A stretch of DNA of 63,822 bases, filler included, from Octopus bimaculoides (taxonomy: Eukaryota): the NCBI RefSeq assembly GCF_001194135.2. It is 5 parts of 5 records of this genome, joined end to end, with 100 filler letters (N's around TTAATTAATTAA, not from the genome) between each part and the next. Parts side by side here need not be neighbours in the genome. Positions count along the whole stretch, not along the records: positions 1 to 29,508 come from NC_068984.1; 4 more parts are not named here. One strand, 5' to 3'. The notes under the pieces are model-generated. The model worked only from the letters and a program-made list of their open reading frames with translations. It was not told where the DNA came from and did not search any database. Positions 1 through 13,328 of this stretch are shown here, in pieces. The position numbers and the translations under genes are program-made. Positions within the stretch are counted from its first letter, which is position 1, and the number at the start of each line of letters is the position of its first letter.

Positions 1-322
1 TTACTACCTAGCTCAGATACCAGGAAACCCCAAAATGGCTGAAGTTCAAAAGATAGTGCTCATGGGAACTGCCCGTATCCTACGTAAAATACTGTCTATG
101 TGATCTCAAATTTTAAAGCAAACACATAATTTTCTTATGGTTTCTTAAACATTCACTTGAACAAAACTGTACAAATCCAAATATATGGTACCCTAGGCAT
201 AACACCTACATGAACTTCTAACTTGTTGTCTCTTGAGGTCTCTGGGTGAGACTTGGATCCAACTTGTACAAATGCAAAACAAAAGTCAAACATAAAATAA
301 TAATAATAATAATAATAATAAT
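1..322 (+). mobile_element. 3' end of an RLE-type (R4/Dong-like) non-LTR retrotransposon with 3' UTR and (TAA)n tail
   Basis: Frame from nt 2 reads YYLAQIPGNPKMAEVQKIVLMGTARILRKILSM* (stop 101-103), typical of the C-terminus after the RLE domain. It is followed by about 190 nt of UTR and (TAA)n at 298-322. Confidence 0.75.
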
Positions 323-693
323 CATGCCCCAGCGACCCAAGAATAGTCAAGAAGAATTGCGAAAAGATTGATAGGTGGAACCCTCTTAAGTACGAAATAA
401 CCCTGCTATGGAAAATGAAAAAGGTGAAGATAGTGCCAACTATTGTTGGGTCATTGGGGACAGTATCAGAAGGCATCAAGGGGAATATAAAGGAAATTGG
501 AGTAGAGTGCCCAGTAGAACTGTTACAAAAGGTTTGCCTTATTGGCACAGCCAGAATAATCAGGTAGTATTAAATAGTAGAGAAGAACAGATAGCATGGT
601 ACCGTAGGCTGCAGGCAGCAAGCCCGCTACTCATGCAAATCACCAGGAGTTCCAACAAAACTTGACATAAAAGGAAATAATAATAACAACAAT
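322..693 (+). mobile_element. 5'-truncated RLE-type non-LTR retrotransposon (second subfamily) with TAA tail
   Basis: Frame from 322 reads SCPSDPRIVKKNCEKIDRWNPLKYEITLLWKMKKVKIVPTIVGSLGTVSEGIKGNIKEIGVECPVELLQKVCLIGTARIIR*, the distal RLE endonuclease region. It ends in a TAA/CAA tail, and its 3' part is homologous to 42848-43060. Confidence 0.8.
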
Positions 694-1934
694 AGTAACC
701 GATGGATTGACATTTTTCCGAAAAAAAACAGAAAAACAATGTAAAATTCTTGAGAGCCCTTCTATGTTTTTTGAAAGTCATGTATTTTTTGTAGGATAGG
801 AGTTAGCTTATTAATGAAATATTTTGGTCTTTGTTAGTAGATTACGATAGAAGATTACATCAGAAACTGTTAAAAATGAAATTAATTAATTATTTGCTGC
901 TCTCCCCGAATATTTGATTTAAAACGAAGGCAAAAGAAAACAAAAAGCCCCCAAAACAGACAAACCAAAAACCTACAGAAAAATGATGTTGTCGTTCACA
1001 AAAGACCATAATGCAGTTTGGCAGAAAAGTAAAAAAAAAAGGCTCATTTGTCTATTTGGTATTATCATTCGTGCTTGTATGTGCGTGTGTGTGTGTGTTT
1101 TTTTTTGTTTTAGTTTATAGCAAATGCTTACTTTTTGTTTTGGTGTCTGTATTAATTTAATTTAATTTTATTTAGAATTTTCGTTTTGTTTTGAAATGTG
1201 CTCCTTTGCGGTCTAATTAAATATTTTTTTCTGGCGTCCCATTGTCTGTTCCATTGATTATTACTCAGTTATCTATCCTTCTGCAACATATAGCAATTCT
1301 TCAGAGTCACATAATTTTTCAAACCAAGGAATAGAACACTTCACATTCACAACACTATTGTAAACAAAAAGAGAAAAAAGAATAAAAAAGAATATATAAA
1401 GCAGAAATGCGGGCGCTTCAGCTACAACAGTCACAAGTATAGGGTTCAGAATAAATACTCCCTTCAAATTCAAAAGACGACTGATAAATGAATTAGAGTT
1501 TTAAGGGCTTAGAGTTTGGCTATAATTTCCAGAGAGCTCGAGATAGATAGACAGATAGCTAGAGAGATAGAGACAGGAAGTTATGTTATATTTCTTTTGA
1601 TAAAAACCTCTTTGTTTTTTCCCCCTCTACTTGTTTTGTATGCAACACTGGAGAGATTTATTCAATTTGTTCTTGACTATTTCATATATTTTTTCATATT
1701 TTCTTCTTTATAGTTTAGGTCAGATTTGAAATTGTCTTAAAAACGCTTTTAAAATTTTCTAATTTTTCTATTCATTACACACCACAGTCAACTGATTATT
1801 AGGATGAAAATTTCATTCTAAAAGCCGACGGAACGTAATGCATTTTCCAGATTCACTTTTCCAAATCCCCTTGCTTTGCTGATTATGCTGTGATTCATGT
1901 CACACTACAAGGCTTCATAGTCATAGCTCATTTA

Positions 1935-3850
1935 CCTATATAAGACAAATATTAAAGGGCATAACGACTCTCCTTGGAAAATTTGTCTTGATATTAACTT
2001 TCCCTAAGACTGTGTCACTGGAGTAGAGATTTACTTCCCATTTCTTCATGTTAAAGCTAATTAATCCTCTTATGCTTTCTGCTATAGTAAGTATACACAA
2101 ACATTCACTTATCCTTGAGTGTTCGATCGTGTCACAGGCTTTCTTATAGCTATCCACGGTATTGTTAGATTTTTCTTTCTAACTTTTACTTAATTTAGAA
2201 CTGCTTTGTCTATATATAATAGATCATGCATTCCTCTAGCCTTCTTCCTGCAACCTTCTTGTTCTGGCAGTAAATTCTGGTTGTCAAGGCACTCGTAAAT
2301 GCTTTCTGAAGGCATTCCTGTTAACAGCTTCTAGACGAATGCTAGGCAAGTGATTGGTCTATAATTGCTAGTTGTATTACCCTTGTTTTTATCTTTCATA
2401 AGAAGTATTGTCCTCCCTCTAGTAATCCAATCTGGTATTATTCCACCATTAAGGTAACCCTGAAGTTGTTCCCTCAGCTTCCCATGTAAACTACTAAATT
2501 TTTTTAGAAAGTACCCTTGAACTAAATCTGGTCCTGGGTCCTTCCAATTCGGCAATTTTCCTAACACTTTACTCATTAATGCACTAGTTAGTTTTATATC
2601 TGGCTACTTCTCACTCACTACGCCTTCCCTCACTTTCTTTAACCACACTGCATCTCCATTATGATTGACTGACTTATCCCAAATTTTACCTCTGCATTAG
2701 GTTTCTCATCTTGAGTACTTCGTTCTCCACTATTTATTTGGTTATAAAATCTCTAGTTTGTCTCAAATAATCTATTCTGTTGATACTGATCTATTCTCTA
2801 TTGATATCTGGAGATCTTACCTGCTATTGCTATGACACGTTGTTTCAACTCTTCTATTATTGTCCCAAATCCTTTCTCTTTGACTAAGTATCTTTTCTCA
2901 AGAGAAGATTTGCATCTTGTGTTTCCTAACTTGTTCAGTTTTCAGGCTTCTATTCTACTCAGATCTTGTCTTAAAGTCTTCGCTTTATTTTGTAATCTCC
3001 ATTTCCACATTTGCTCTTTCTTAATCTTTTCTTGTGAATTATCTAATCTTCTAGTCACTACTACCTCTCTTTCATAAATCAATAAATTAGTGTCTACTAT
3101 ATTTTTCCTACTGATAACAGAATTTACTTTCCTCGTCATAACTAGCAGCTCCCTTCTGTTGGCACCTTTTAATGTTGGCGATCTTTTTCTTACTTCTTTA
3201 CTCATTAATTACTGCAACTCATCTAGAATCTTCTGATCTTCTTCAGTTAAATAACTGAAGTCGCTGGTGCTAGTTGTCCTTATTTTTTTCTTTAGGTTCT
3301 TCTTTGGTTTGAGCTGAATCTCTTATGTTTTTCTTTGTCTTTCTTACTGCTTGGTCTTTCTTTTCCAGTTCTCTTGTGATCTCTTCCACCTCCAATTCTG
3401 TCATCCACTTTCTTCTCCGAATAGCATTAACTTGATCTACTAATCTCTGCTCAGTCACTTTAAAATACCCTTCTCTACCCAATGTGTTAACATCCGTTTT
3501 CTATAGTCTTTTTAAGTTCACGTTCTAAGTAACACTGCATCACCATCCTGTTTTCTTTGCTTGTCCACTTCCTCCTCCTTATTCTATTATCTGTTAATGC
3601 TGCCTTAGGATAACATCTGTGGTCACTCTACATCTTTACTGAACCACTGCCAAGCGAGAAGCCTTCCCTTAATGATTCAGCTTCATTTTCACTGTTACAA
3701 TCAGAGTTTCTTCGGAAACTCATGTCTCATAAACTGAAGTAAAGTAACATTTGTCGCCAACGTCATAACCACTATTATTTTTCGGCATCTGTTAGTTTCA
3801 AGCAGCTTTTTATTGCATCACTTGTTCCACTTTTGTACTGGTGAGGTGGT
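1935..3850 (-). mobile_element. Degenerate R4/Dong-like non-LTR retrotransposon: N-terminal Myb-like region plus 5' part of the reverse transcriptase, 3'-truncated
   Basis: Minus-strand fragments in order: RRRKWTSKENRMVMQCY...VTEQRLVDQVNAIRRRKWMTELEVEEI; LPNWKDPGPDLVQGYFLKKF...PDWITRGRTILLMKDKNKGNTTSNYRPITCL; EQEGCRKKARGMHDLLYIDKAVL; DSYKKACDTIEHS; frameshifted IFQGESLCPLIF. Many stops and frameshifts. Confidence 0.85.
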
Positions 3851-4148
3851 GGGTGGTGCATTTTTTGGCGGGGAGGCATTTTATTGCATCCGTATGTTTT
3901 GTTATGGTGTTTGGTTTGAGTTTTCTGTCATATTATTTTTTGTATTCTGTGTTGTTTGAGCAGCAAAGGTTGCGTCCTTCTACGGCACATGTTGAGCTTT
4001 GTTCATTTTGTTGGGTATTTACTGTATGAGTTTATTCGTGTATATTTTTGGAGGAGTGTTGCATAATAGTGTGTGTAAATCATAAATCAACCATTTAATA
4101 GTATTCATAATTATCTGGCCATCGTTCTTTCTTTTCTGTTTGGTTTTG

Positions 4149-4151
<3 letters not shown>

Positions 4152-4215
<64 letters not shown>
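4152..4215. repeat. (TTA)n microsatellite running into an N gap
   Basis: Direct reading. Confidence 0.95.
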
Positions 4216-4783
4216 NNNNNNNNNNNNNNNNNNNNNNNNNNNNNNNNNNNNNNNNNNNNNNNNNNNNNNNNNNNNNNNNNNNNNNNNNNNNNNNNNNNNN
4301 NNNNNNNNNNNNNNNNNNNNNNNNNNNNNNNNNNNNNNNNNNNNNNNNNNNNNNNNNNNNNNNNNNNNNNNNNNNNNNNNNNNNNNNNNNNNNNNNNNNN
4401 NNNNNNNNNNNNNNNNNNNNNNNNNNNNNNNNNNNNNNNNNNNNNNNNNNNNNNNNNNNNNNNNNNNNNNNNNNNNNNNNNNNNNNNNNNNNNNNNNNNN
4501 NNNNNNNNNNNNNNNNNNNNNNNNNNNNNNNNNNNNNNNNNNNNNNNNNNNNNNNNNNNNNNNNNNNNNNNNNNNNNNNNNNNNNNNNNNNNNNNNNNNN
4601 NNNNNNNNNNNNNNNNNNNNNNNNNNNNNNNNNNNNNNNNNNNNNNNNNNNNNNNNNNNNNNNNNNNNNNNNNNNNNNNNNNNNNNNNNNNNNNNNNNNN
4701 NNNNNNNNNNNNNNNNNNNNNNNNNNNNNNNNNNNNNNNNNNNNNNNNNNNNNNNNTGGCTTGTGACAAAATTTGAAACATTT

Positions 4784-4784
<1 letters not shown>

Positions 4785-4850
<66 letters not shown>

Positions 4851-4860
4851 ACTACTACTG

Positions 4861-4908
<48 letters not shown>

Positions 4909-4925
4909 TTGCTGCTGCTGCTGTT
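4785..4925. repeat. Compound (ACT)n/(GCT)n trinucleotide repeat
   Basis: Direct reading. Confidence 0.95.
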
Positions 4926-6682
4926 GCTGTATTTTCAGTTGAAAGGAAGTGTTCAAACATTTCTATGGAAGATTCAGATTTAACATGTATTCCAGGAAGT
5001 TTTTTTTGTCGTTTACCAGCAGAAGCTTTGAATTAATCGGGTATTAAATTCATTTATCTTAGACTGAAAAATATGGTTTTGCACTTTGGCATTTTTTAAA
5101 TTCATATTTTGTAAACATTTCTTTATTTGTATCTTAATATGGTTTCTTTCTCTGTGTTATCAGCGAAAGGTACTAGCCACAAGCATGGCTGACCTGATCA
5201 CACAATGAAGGAAGTGATTTTATGAAAATATTAGCTCAGAATTTAAAGGAGGAAAAACTGAGCAATATTGAATAAGCAGACAAAGCAATCCATTAATCTT
5301 TAACAAATGAAAAAAAAAAGAAAAAGAAAGAATCAATGTTGTTTAGAACATTAACCACAGAAACAAAAGTTAGGCGCGCATTCTGATTAGTCAGAAAAAA
5401 GCTGTTGAGATACGTACCCAGAAAATAAAACAATATTGGAGAAGTATGTTACGAGGGGCAATGGTTTATCTAATTTAAGATATATCGACGGACAGCCAAG
5501 GAGGATAGTAAGAGAGCTTGTTTGATATATGGAACGCTATGGTATCTTTCAACTAGTGAAGAGCATAAACTCGTAGCTTGAATTTATGACTGAGAACAAG
5601 GTGACAGCTGGGAGTTGGTGCCCGAAACATCTACTAGCACAACGTAGGTCAGTAGGTTGCAAAAATTACATCTTGGGAGATCGGTAGTTTGTTTCACTCT
5701 TGTTTGTTGTCACCCTTGAGGCGCAGAGTGTATATGATAGGTGGTAGGTGCGAAAGCGACAAAGATTAACGCAAGAATCTATATGGATTAACCTTCGAAC
5801 AAAATAAAGGAATTTCAGCGCTATATTCAACTTAGGTGCTTAAACAAAAGGTCTTAGATAGATGTTGTAGGGAAGAAATCTCAAATGTTATACCATTTGC
5901 TGCTGTTAAAGTTAGGTTTGCGCTTTTCTTGCATTATTTACTTGACGTCGTAAACCCAGCGTTTTCCTTCAACTCCTTACTGGAGTTGTGACATTTCGCC
6001 TCGATTCGATATTAGACGAGGACTTGGAGTCGTTGAACTGAATTTGGTCCTGGAGGGATTTTCTGTCGCACATGCATATTTCCCTACTTTTGTCGCCCCC
6101 TTGGGATCTTTCGATACTACTTCCGCCTCATAGAAAACATTTCCTGTATTGTACTGGCTGTTTCGTAGACATGTGGCGTTACCTCCTCATGAGCAAACTG
6201 CCGCTGTTTCAGATTTATTTTCTTTATACTAGACATACATCTAAAAGACAACCTTAAGACATGTCTATTACCCAAACACACATGCACACACGAAAACACA
6301 TATACCATTATATTAATATTGGCATAGTCCCTACAGCGTTGAATATAATAATGCCTTGCAGTATTTCGTTCGGCACCCTTTGTTGTGATTTAAAATGCCA
6401 CCGAAAATACAAAAGAAAAGGAAGCTGGCCTACTAAAATATGATTGGTAGCGTTTATGAATGACGAAAGAACAGGAGTTATGTCATAACCTTCTTTATCT
6501 TAGAGCTGTTCTGTTCTTCTATAAGTATTGTGCACCGTGATTAACTTCATCAAAGCCATTACATGAAATGTTTATTGATCAACACCTTTAAATATATAGT
6601 TGCATACATATATAGACTCACATATAGACTCACTTTGGTAGATATAAACCTGAATTATCGAAATATACGTAACGTAATCCAC

Positions 6683-6726
<44 letters not shown>

Positions 6727-7078
6727 GTCTGTCTGTCTGTCTGTCTGTCTGCCTGTCTGTCTGTACTCATATAAAGACTTACATATAAGTGCAGAAACTT
6801 GTATACATATGCATATGGAGAAAGATGTTGTGGCTTTCCCTTCGCAGTCCCTGAACATCTCCTGAGGCTGGTGATTTTGTGTGACTATTTGAGTTATATT
6901 TTTTTGCTCCTATTTCTAGCAATTGCAGGTGCTATTTTGCACCCTTATTTATGTATTTTATCTTTTTGGCTTTTAATTGCGGTAGCCACCTATATAATGT
7001 ATTTAATATATCATAATATATTAATTTATTGTTATATCTTATTGTATTTATATATATATACACACACACATATATGCA

Positions 7079-7130
7079 TAGGAGTGGCTGTGTGGTAAGA
7101 AGCTTGCTTCCGATATAGCGTTTTGTTCAG
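7079..7130 (+). mobile_element. Truncated tRNA-derived SINE head (family B)
   Basis: GGAGTGGCTGTGTGGTAAGAAGCTTGCTTCC matches the head of the minus-strand copies ending near 15128, 37563 and 54302. Confidence 0.7.
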
Positions 7131-7221
7131 GTCGACTACTGTCTTTGTGAATAACACACGTGTTGTCTTGATGGTGCGACGTTTTCCCTCTTGTGGAAGG
7201 GCGTCTTGTGATGACTTGTGA

Positions 7222-7920
7222 AGATTTAAATTATTCTTCTTCAGAACGATTATTGATAGGACATACGCGGTGGTAACAAGAAAAACAGAAGTGGTATCGG
7301 AGGCACAAGTTGAAAAGACGTTGAGGCCAGTCTGGCAAGAGATATCCTACCTTGCCAGGGGAAGAAAGTACGGAACGGTGGAAGTGCAGTTTCGGGAGAT
7401 AGCTACCGCCAGACTGCACTCAGCCACATCATCAAAACTTGAAGAAGTGGTGCTTCTACCCGTATGCCTTGGTAGACGTGCTTCTAGGGTTAGGGTAGAA
7501 GACATACTCCCAGAAGTGAATGCACCCTGGCTGGTGGCTGCCATACTGCTAGGCATGGAAGGAAAAGTGGTGGCCCTGCAGGCCACCAGAACACCCTACA
7601 GAAACTGGCAAAGGCAGAGCTTGGACATGTTGGTACAGGTTAACCCAAAATATTTTGACAGTATGGTGGAGACAGTCACGGTCGCAGACGTAACGCTGAT
7701 AGTCAAAGTGGAAGGGAGGATTCCGTGGTGCTAGAAATGTGGCCTGAAAGACCACATTAGAGCGGATTGTCCTCTACCACCTGTGAAGTCTAAGGAAAGG
7801 CAAGGGAGTGAGAAGGTGGTTGGTGCTCTACTGCCTGTGGAGGCTGAGGAAAAGCACGAGAAGGAGAGTAAAGCGGCACCACAGACAAAGACCAGTACCA
7901 GCGTCGAGGAAGAGGAGGTA
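7222..7920 (+). pseudogene. Gag-like ORF1 of an L1/Tx1-like non-LTR retrotransposon with CCHC zinc knuckle and one in-frame TAG
   Basis: One frame from about 7222 to 7920 with a single stop at 7732-7734: ...RVRVEDILPEVNAPWLVAAILL...VKVEGRIPWC*KCGLKDHIRADCP (CX2CX4HX4C), then a charged low-complexity tail. Confidence 0.7.
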
Positions 7921-7966
7921 AACACACATACGTACATATCTGTCTATTTGTTTATCTCTCTCTCTC

Positions 7967-7997
<31 letters not shown>

Positions 7998-8604
7998 TTA
8001 TACGTACGTTTGCATACACACACACACACACACACATGTATGTATGTATGTATGCATGTATGTACGTACGTAAGTGTGTATGTATATATGTATGTATGTA
8101 TTCTGTCGGTCAGTATATAGGGAAAGAAACAGGCAATAAATACAAGACAAACGAAAGACGTTCAAATTAAGTGAAAGCTCTCAATAAAAAAATATTATAG
8201 AAAAGCAAACCACGAGCAACGGCAGCCAGAACAGGAGCTGCAGCAGCAGCAACAGTAGCAGCGGCAGCAGCAGCGTTAAAAGCAGCAGTAATAACCTTAA
8301 TTTTTCTCTCCGCAAATATATTACTACTTGTCTTATTAATTATTAATATTTTCTATCATTGCTGTATTTTTGTAAAACATACTGAAGGGTTCTAAATCAT
8401 TCTGTCCTATTATTATTATTTAATTCTTGCATTCTTATATTCTTTTTATTGGTTTCAATCACGGGACTGCGGCCATGCTGAGACGCTACCTTTAAGGGTT
8501 TAGTCATGTTTATCGAATTCATATCTGTTTCAGTTTGTTACTTGTGCAATCAATACCTGTTTATTGAGCCATTTCGTTACAGGACACGTTGACACAAAAT
8601 ACAA

Positions 8605-9300
8605 CACTTTAACAGACAAATATATTCGTAAGCGAAGATCAGAGGAGACTTTGATCCATCATATATGCTATAGCAGCTCACATCATGACCCCAGCTGGTT
8701 TTGGTCGATGAAAATGGGTTCGGTTCCCTTCAGGCAAGTCCTAAGCATCAGCATTCTGTTAGTTCGTTTCAGCCTCAACGGTGACGATATTCTCATCACT
8801 CCAAATGAAGACTTTGTGGTGCTATTCATTTCCGCTGACATTTTTTCCGTATGTTGAGCCGTCTTTTCTTCAAAGTTGTTGAAATTACTTTTCTGTGTTG
8901 CTTTTTATATTCCTTTAGCCTGAGATCCTCCTTAGCAATCCTGTGCATTGAAGATTTTGAAATATTAAGCTCTCTTGCCATTTTCCATATGCTTCAACGA
9001 GGATTCTTGTAAACTACTTTTCTCACAGTATCAATTATAGGTTTGGTGCGCACACTTCTTTTACGCCCTGGAATTGGCTTGCTTGATGTCATGCCAGATT
9101 GATTGTAACATTTCCAAACACACACCGTCTTACAACACACATTGAGTTGTTTTGCAATATTATTGTTAGATTTACCTGCTAAGTGTGATGTAACAATTTG
9201 ATCACGTTTACCTTGAGACACCATATTTGTTGACAAAGCTATTAGAGACTAAACTAGAAGCTGAAATATACACAAATCATTGTGCGCAATCAAAAATATT
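8605..9300 (-). mobile_element. Degenerate Tc1/mariner-superfamily transposase (maT/rosa-like): HTH region plus first catalytic Asp region
   Basis: MVSQGKRDQIVTSHLAGKSNNNIAKQLNVCCKTV...PGRKRSVRT...KNPR, then SIWKMARELNISKSSMHRIAKEDLRLK, IWSDENIVTVEA, KPAGVM*AAIA...SKSPLIF. Terminal inverted repeats not identified. Confidence 0.8.
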
Positions 9301-9429
9301 ACTGCTTTATCCAATAATGTGCTATGTATCCACATATATATGCACACATACACAGTCACACACATATACGCACGCGCGCGCACACACACAGTTCACATTT
9401 ACATAGAACAAAACAGGTGAAGAAACAAC

Positions 9430-9545
9430 GAGCGTGCAGGTGTATTAGTTTAACGCTCGGGAAGAATGGAAAAGTCCTTGAAATTTCGAGCTTACGATCT
9501 TCGACTGAAAGGATTGAGAGGGAAAAAACAAGAGAGAGAACGAAA
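9430..9545 (-). mobile_element. Short interspersed repeat (Penelope-like terminal sequence) with a degenerate hammerhead-like core
   Basis: Shares GTATTAGTTT(A/G)ACGCTC(G/A)GGAA...AAAGTC with 12733-12830 and 52600-52640. Confidence 0.5.
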
Positions 9546-9547
9546 AC

Positions 9548-9579
<32 letters not shown>

Positions 9580-11220
9580 NNNNNNNNNNNNNNNNNNNNN
9601 NNNNNNNNNNNNNNNNNNNNNNNNNNNNNNNNNNNNNNNNNNNNNNNNNNNNNNNNNNNNNNNNNNNNNNNNNNNNNNNNNNNNNNNNNNNNNNNNNNNN
9701 NNNNNNNNNNNNNNNNNNNNNNNNNNNNNNNNNNNNNNNNNNNNNNNNNNNNNNNNNNNNNNNNNNNNNNNNNNNNNNNNNNNNNNNNNNNNNNNNNNNN
9801 NNNNNNNNNNNNNNNNNNNNNNNNNNNNNNNNNNNNNNNNNNNNNNNNNNNNNNNNNNNNNNNNNNNNNNNNNNNNNNNNNNNNNNNNNNNNNNNNNNNN
9901 NNNNNNNNNNNNNNNNNNNNNNNNNNNNNNNNNNNNNNNNNNNNNNNNNNNNNNNNNNNNNNNNNNNNNNNNNNNNNNNNNNNNNNNNNNNNNNNNNNNN
10001 NNNNNNNNNNNNNNNNNNNNNNNNNNNNNNNNNNNNNNNNNNNNNNNNNNNNNNNNNNNNNNNNNNNNNNNNNNNNNNNNNNNNNNNNNNNNNNNNNNNN
10101 NNNNNNNNNNNNNNNNNNNNNNNNNNNNNNNNNNNNNNNNNNNNNNNNNNNNNNNNNNNNNNNNNNNNNNNNNNNNNNNNNNNNNNNNNNNNNNNNNNNN
10201 NNNNNNNNNNNNNNNNNNNNNNNNNNNNNNNNNNNNNNNNNNNNNNNNNNNNNNNNNNNNNNNNNNNNNNNNNNNNNNNNNNNNNNNNNNNNNNNNNNNN
10301 NNNNNNNNNNNNNNNNNNNNNNNNNNNNNNNNNNNNNNNNNNNNNNNNNNNNNNNNNNNNNNNNNNNNNNNNATATATGTATGTATGTATACTATATTGA
10401 TACACAGAATTGAAGCACTTGAATAAATGCGATTGTAATCTCTTGATACAATATATTATCTTCAATTCTGTGTATGCATATAAATTTACTCGATTGTTAA
10501 CTTTTATCAATGCTTTCTCCCAATGTTTTGATGCACCATTTTAACAGAACTGTCGACATTTTTGACCACATGGATATGCTAATAAATAAAACGAGTCATC
10601 CCTATATTTTCTGTTCGCAATCGTTATGAAATCCTGACATACGGGCGACAAAAGAGCAAACTAGAAATTACAAGTAAATTTTGCTCGGAAATTCCCCAAT
10701 ATTAGTTTGTAAAGATAAAAGTTAAAAAACTCAAAGCTATTATTTGACATATTTAATTAATGCTATTAGTGTATGATAAACTAATGAATAATATTCTCAA
10801 TACTGGTATGAATTTTCTAAAGCGTTTAACTGAATTTTAAAAACCCGTTGGAGTACGCTTCGGGGACCATTAATCTTTATTGACTACAAATTTGCCTCGA
10901 CCTATCTTCTTGAAGTTATGTACCATATTTGTGGTTTTTAGATTTAAAAACAAATATAGATGAGGATTTTATCTAATTACTGGGATAATTTCAGATTATT
11001 GAACTTCTTAAAATCCCTTTATAACATATGCGACACCCTGCCATGCAAATAAATAAAAACAGATGTCCCAAGATGAGATCCATCGCTGACGCTGTGTCTT
11101 TGTCTCTCTGTTTCTTTGTCTCTATTTACATCTCTGTCTTTCTGTCTGTCCCACTCTCTATGTACGTTTGTAATGTGTGTGTATATATATGTGCATATAT
11201 ATGTGTGTATATATATGGGC

Positions 11221-11292
<72 letters not shown>

Positions 11293-12549
11293 TATTTAGT
11301 TCAGTTCCAATATACATCTTACGGATGCGTCGGAATGTGTTGTCAGTGGAGTTTTGGGATTCTCAAGGGAATTCGGATCTTTCAATATCAAACCTCGTCG
11401 CCCAGTTGTCTCACTCGGGGTCTTCTCCGATAAAAGCAGATCACATATTTATAGGGATAACAAATGCCGGTGTAATATAATAGTCATGTTTAACTGAAAA
11501 TGTTTTAATTGACAACCGAAATGAAGAGATTTGTCTAGAAACAGGAATCGAAACTACGTACCAATCTCAGCTCGGCCATATATACGACATACACAGCTTC
11601 AATGATTTGTCTCTAAATCTTCTCCATCGAAAGTATTTGATTTTTGTTTTGTTTGTTTTCAAGATGAAAAATTCTACTTGTGTATTATTATGTATATCAT
11701 TAGTAGAAGTTATCGATGTTTGGCTCCAGTAAATTACATCTAGAAACATGACTCATACAAAGTGCTGTGTAATAATCTCACATGTCTACGTTATTCTCTC
11801 TTTTTCTCAGTCTCAATTTTTCTCTCCCTTCCTTTCGTATTCTTTCTCTTTCTCTCCTATTCTCCCACCCCATCTCTGTCTCTTGCTCTTTGTCTTTTAG
11901 TAAAACACAGCTTTCATATTCACTCCAATCTTGCGCTTTTGAATATCTGTCATAGAGAACGTGGTATTAATACGAGTGATGTCAAACTAACAAAGATTAG
12001 TAGATACATATCTCGTTTATAAAACTAATTTTCCAGAAGGGATATTTATGAGTTTGTTGTGATTAACACTGATAGACGTCACAGGCCATTTTTTTTCTGT
12101 TGTTGTGTTTTCTTTTTGAAAATTTAATGACAACAACAATTGCAAAAGCGACAACAACAACAACGATGCCGACGACGACGACGACGATGACGACGACAAG
12201 GAAATTGCAGTAATGGGTAGGAGGTAATGAAATGAACCACGGAAGCAACAATTAGAAAATAAGAAGAGTTTCTAGAAAGTTCAGAGAAACTGTGGAACAC
12301 CCAGCTAAGTCTTTTGCGATGTTTCGATTCGTATCTTCACTGTGTCACTTCAAATTTTGCTGAGGTCGACATTTCTGTCAAGATCTTCGGGCCAGAAAAT
12401 AGATAACCTATAATTGTATGTATACATGCATGTATGTATACATATATATGTATACATACACACATATGTTTATATGTATGTAAATGTATGTATGTATGTA
12501 TGTATACATATACATATATACATACATGTACATCCATACATACATGCAT

Positions 12550-12608
<59 letters not shown>

Positions 12609-12618
12609 NNNNNNNNNN

Positions 12619-12655
<37 letters not shown>

Positions 12656-12732
12656 CGTATATATATCGTGTATATATCGTTGAAATTTACAGAAAAACAA
12701 AAAACGAAAACAGCTTTATAAACAACATGGAG

Positions 12733-12830
12733 GTGTATTAGTTTGACGCTCAGGAAAGTGAGAAAGTCTCTTTTGCTTTTCGAGTCTACGCTCTTCAGCA
12801 GAAAGAACACGAGGAAATAAACAGAGAGAG
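12733..12830 (-). mobile_element. Second copy of the 9430 repeat family
   Basis: By-eye alignment to 9430-9545. Confidence 0.5.
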
Positions 12831-12898
12831 AATTAAAAAAAGTACATATATATATATATATATATATATAATGATATATGAAATTGTGCATATATGTA

Positions 12899-12973
<75 letters not shown>

Positions 12974-13328
12974 TTATCTATCTATCTATTTATCTATCTA
13001 TCTATTTATCCATGTATCCATGTATGTATGTATGTATGTATGTATCTAGCAATCTATCTATCAGTATATCCGTCGCGTAAAAAATGACAAATTATTTGAA
13101 ACTGATATTTAATAAATGAATCAATATAACACATACTAGATGTAAATTTGCCATACCAGGTTATAATTGACTAAAAATATTTTATTTTGTCAATAGTCAA
13201 TGTTGCATGCATTACATTCACTTATATATAAATATCTGTATATGACCTATACAACGTTCATTAAACAAAATTTGTATATTGTAATGTATGTATGTATGTT
13301 TTGATGTCCTATATATAAAGCTATGACA

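Noticed and set aside
4019-4960. Long ORFs containing X runs (also near 9324, 15306, 28268, 40144, 51589 and 59902)
   Set aside because: Artefacts of translating N gaps.
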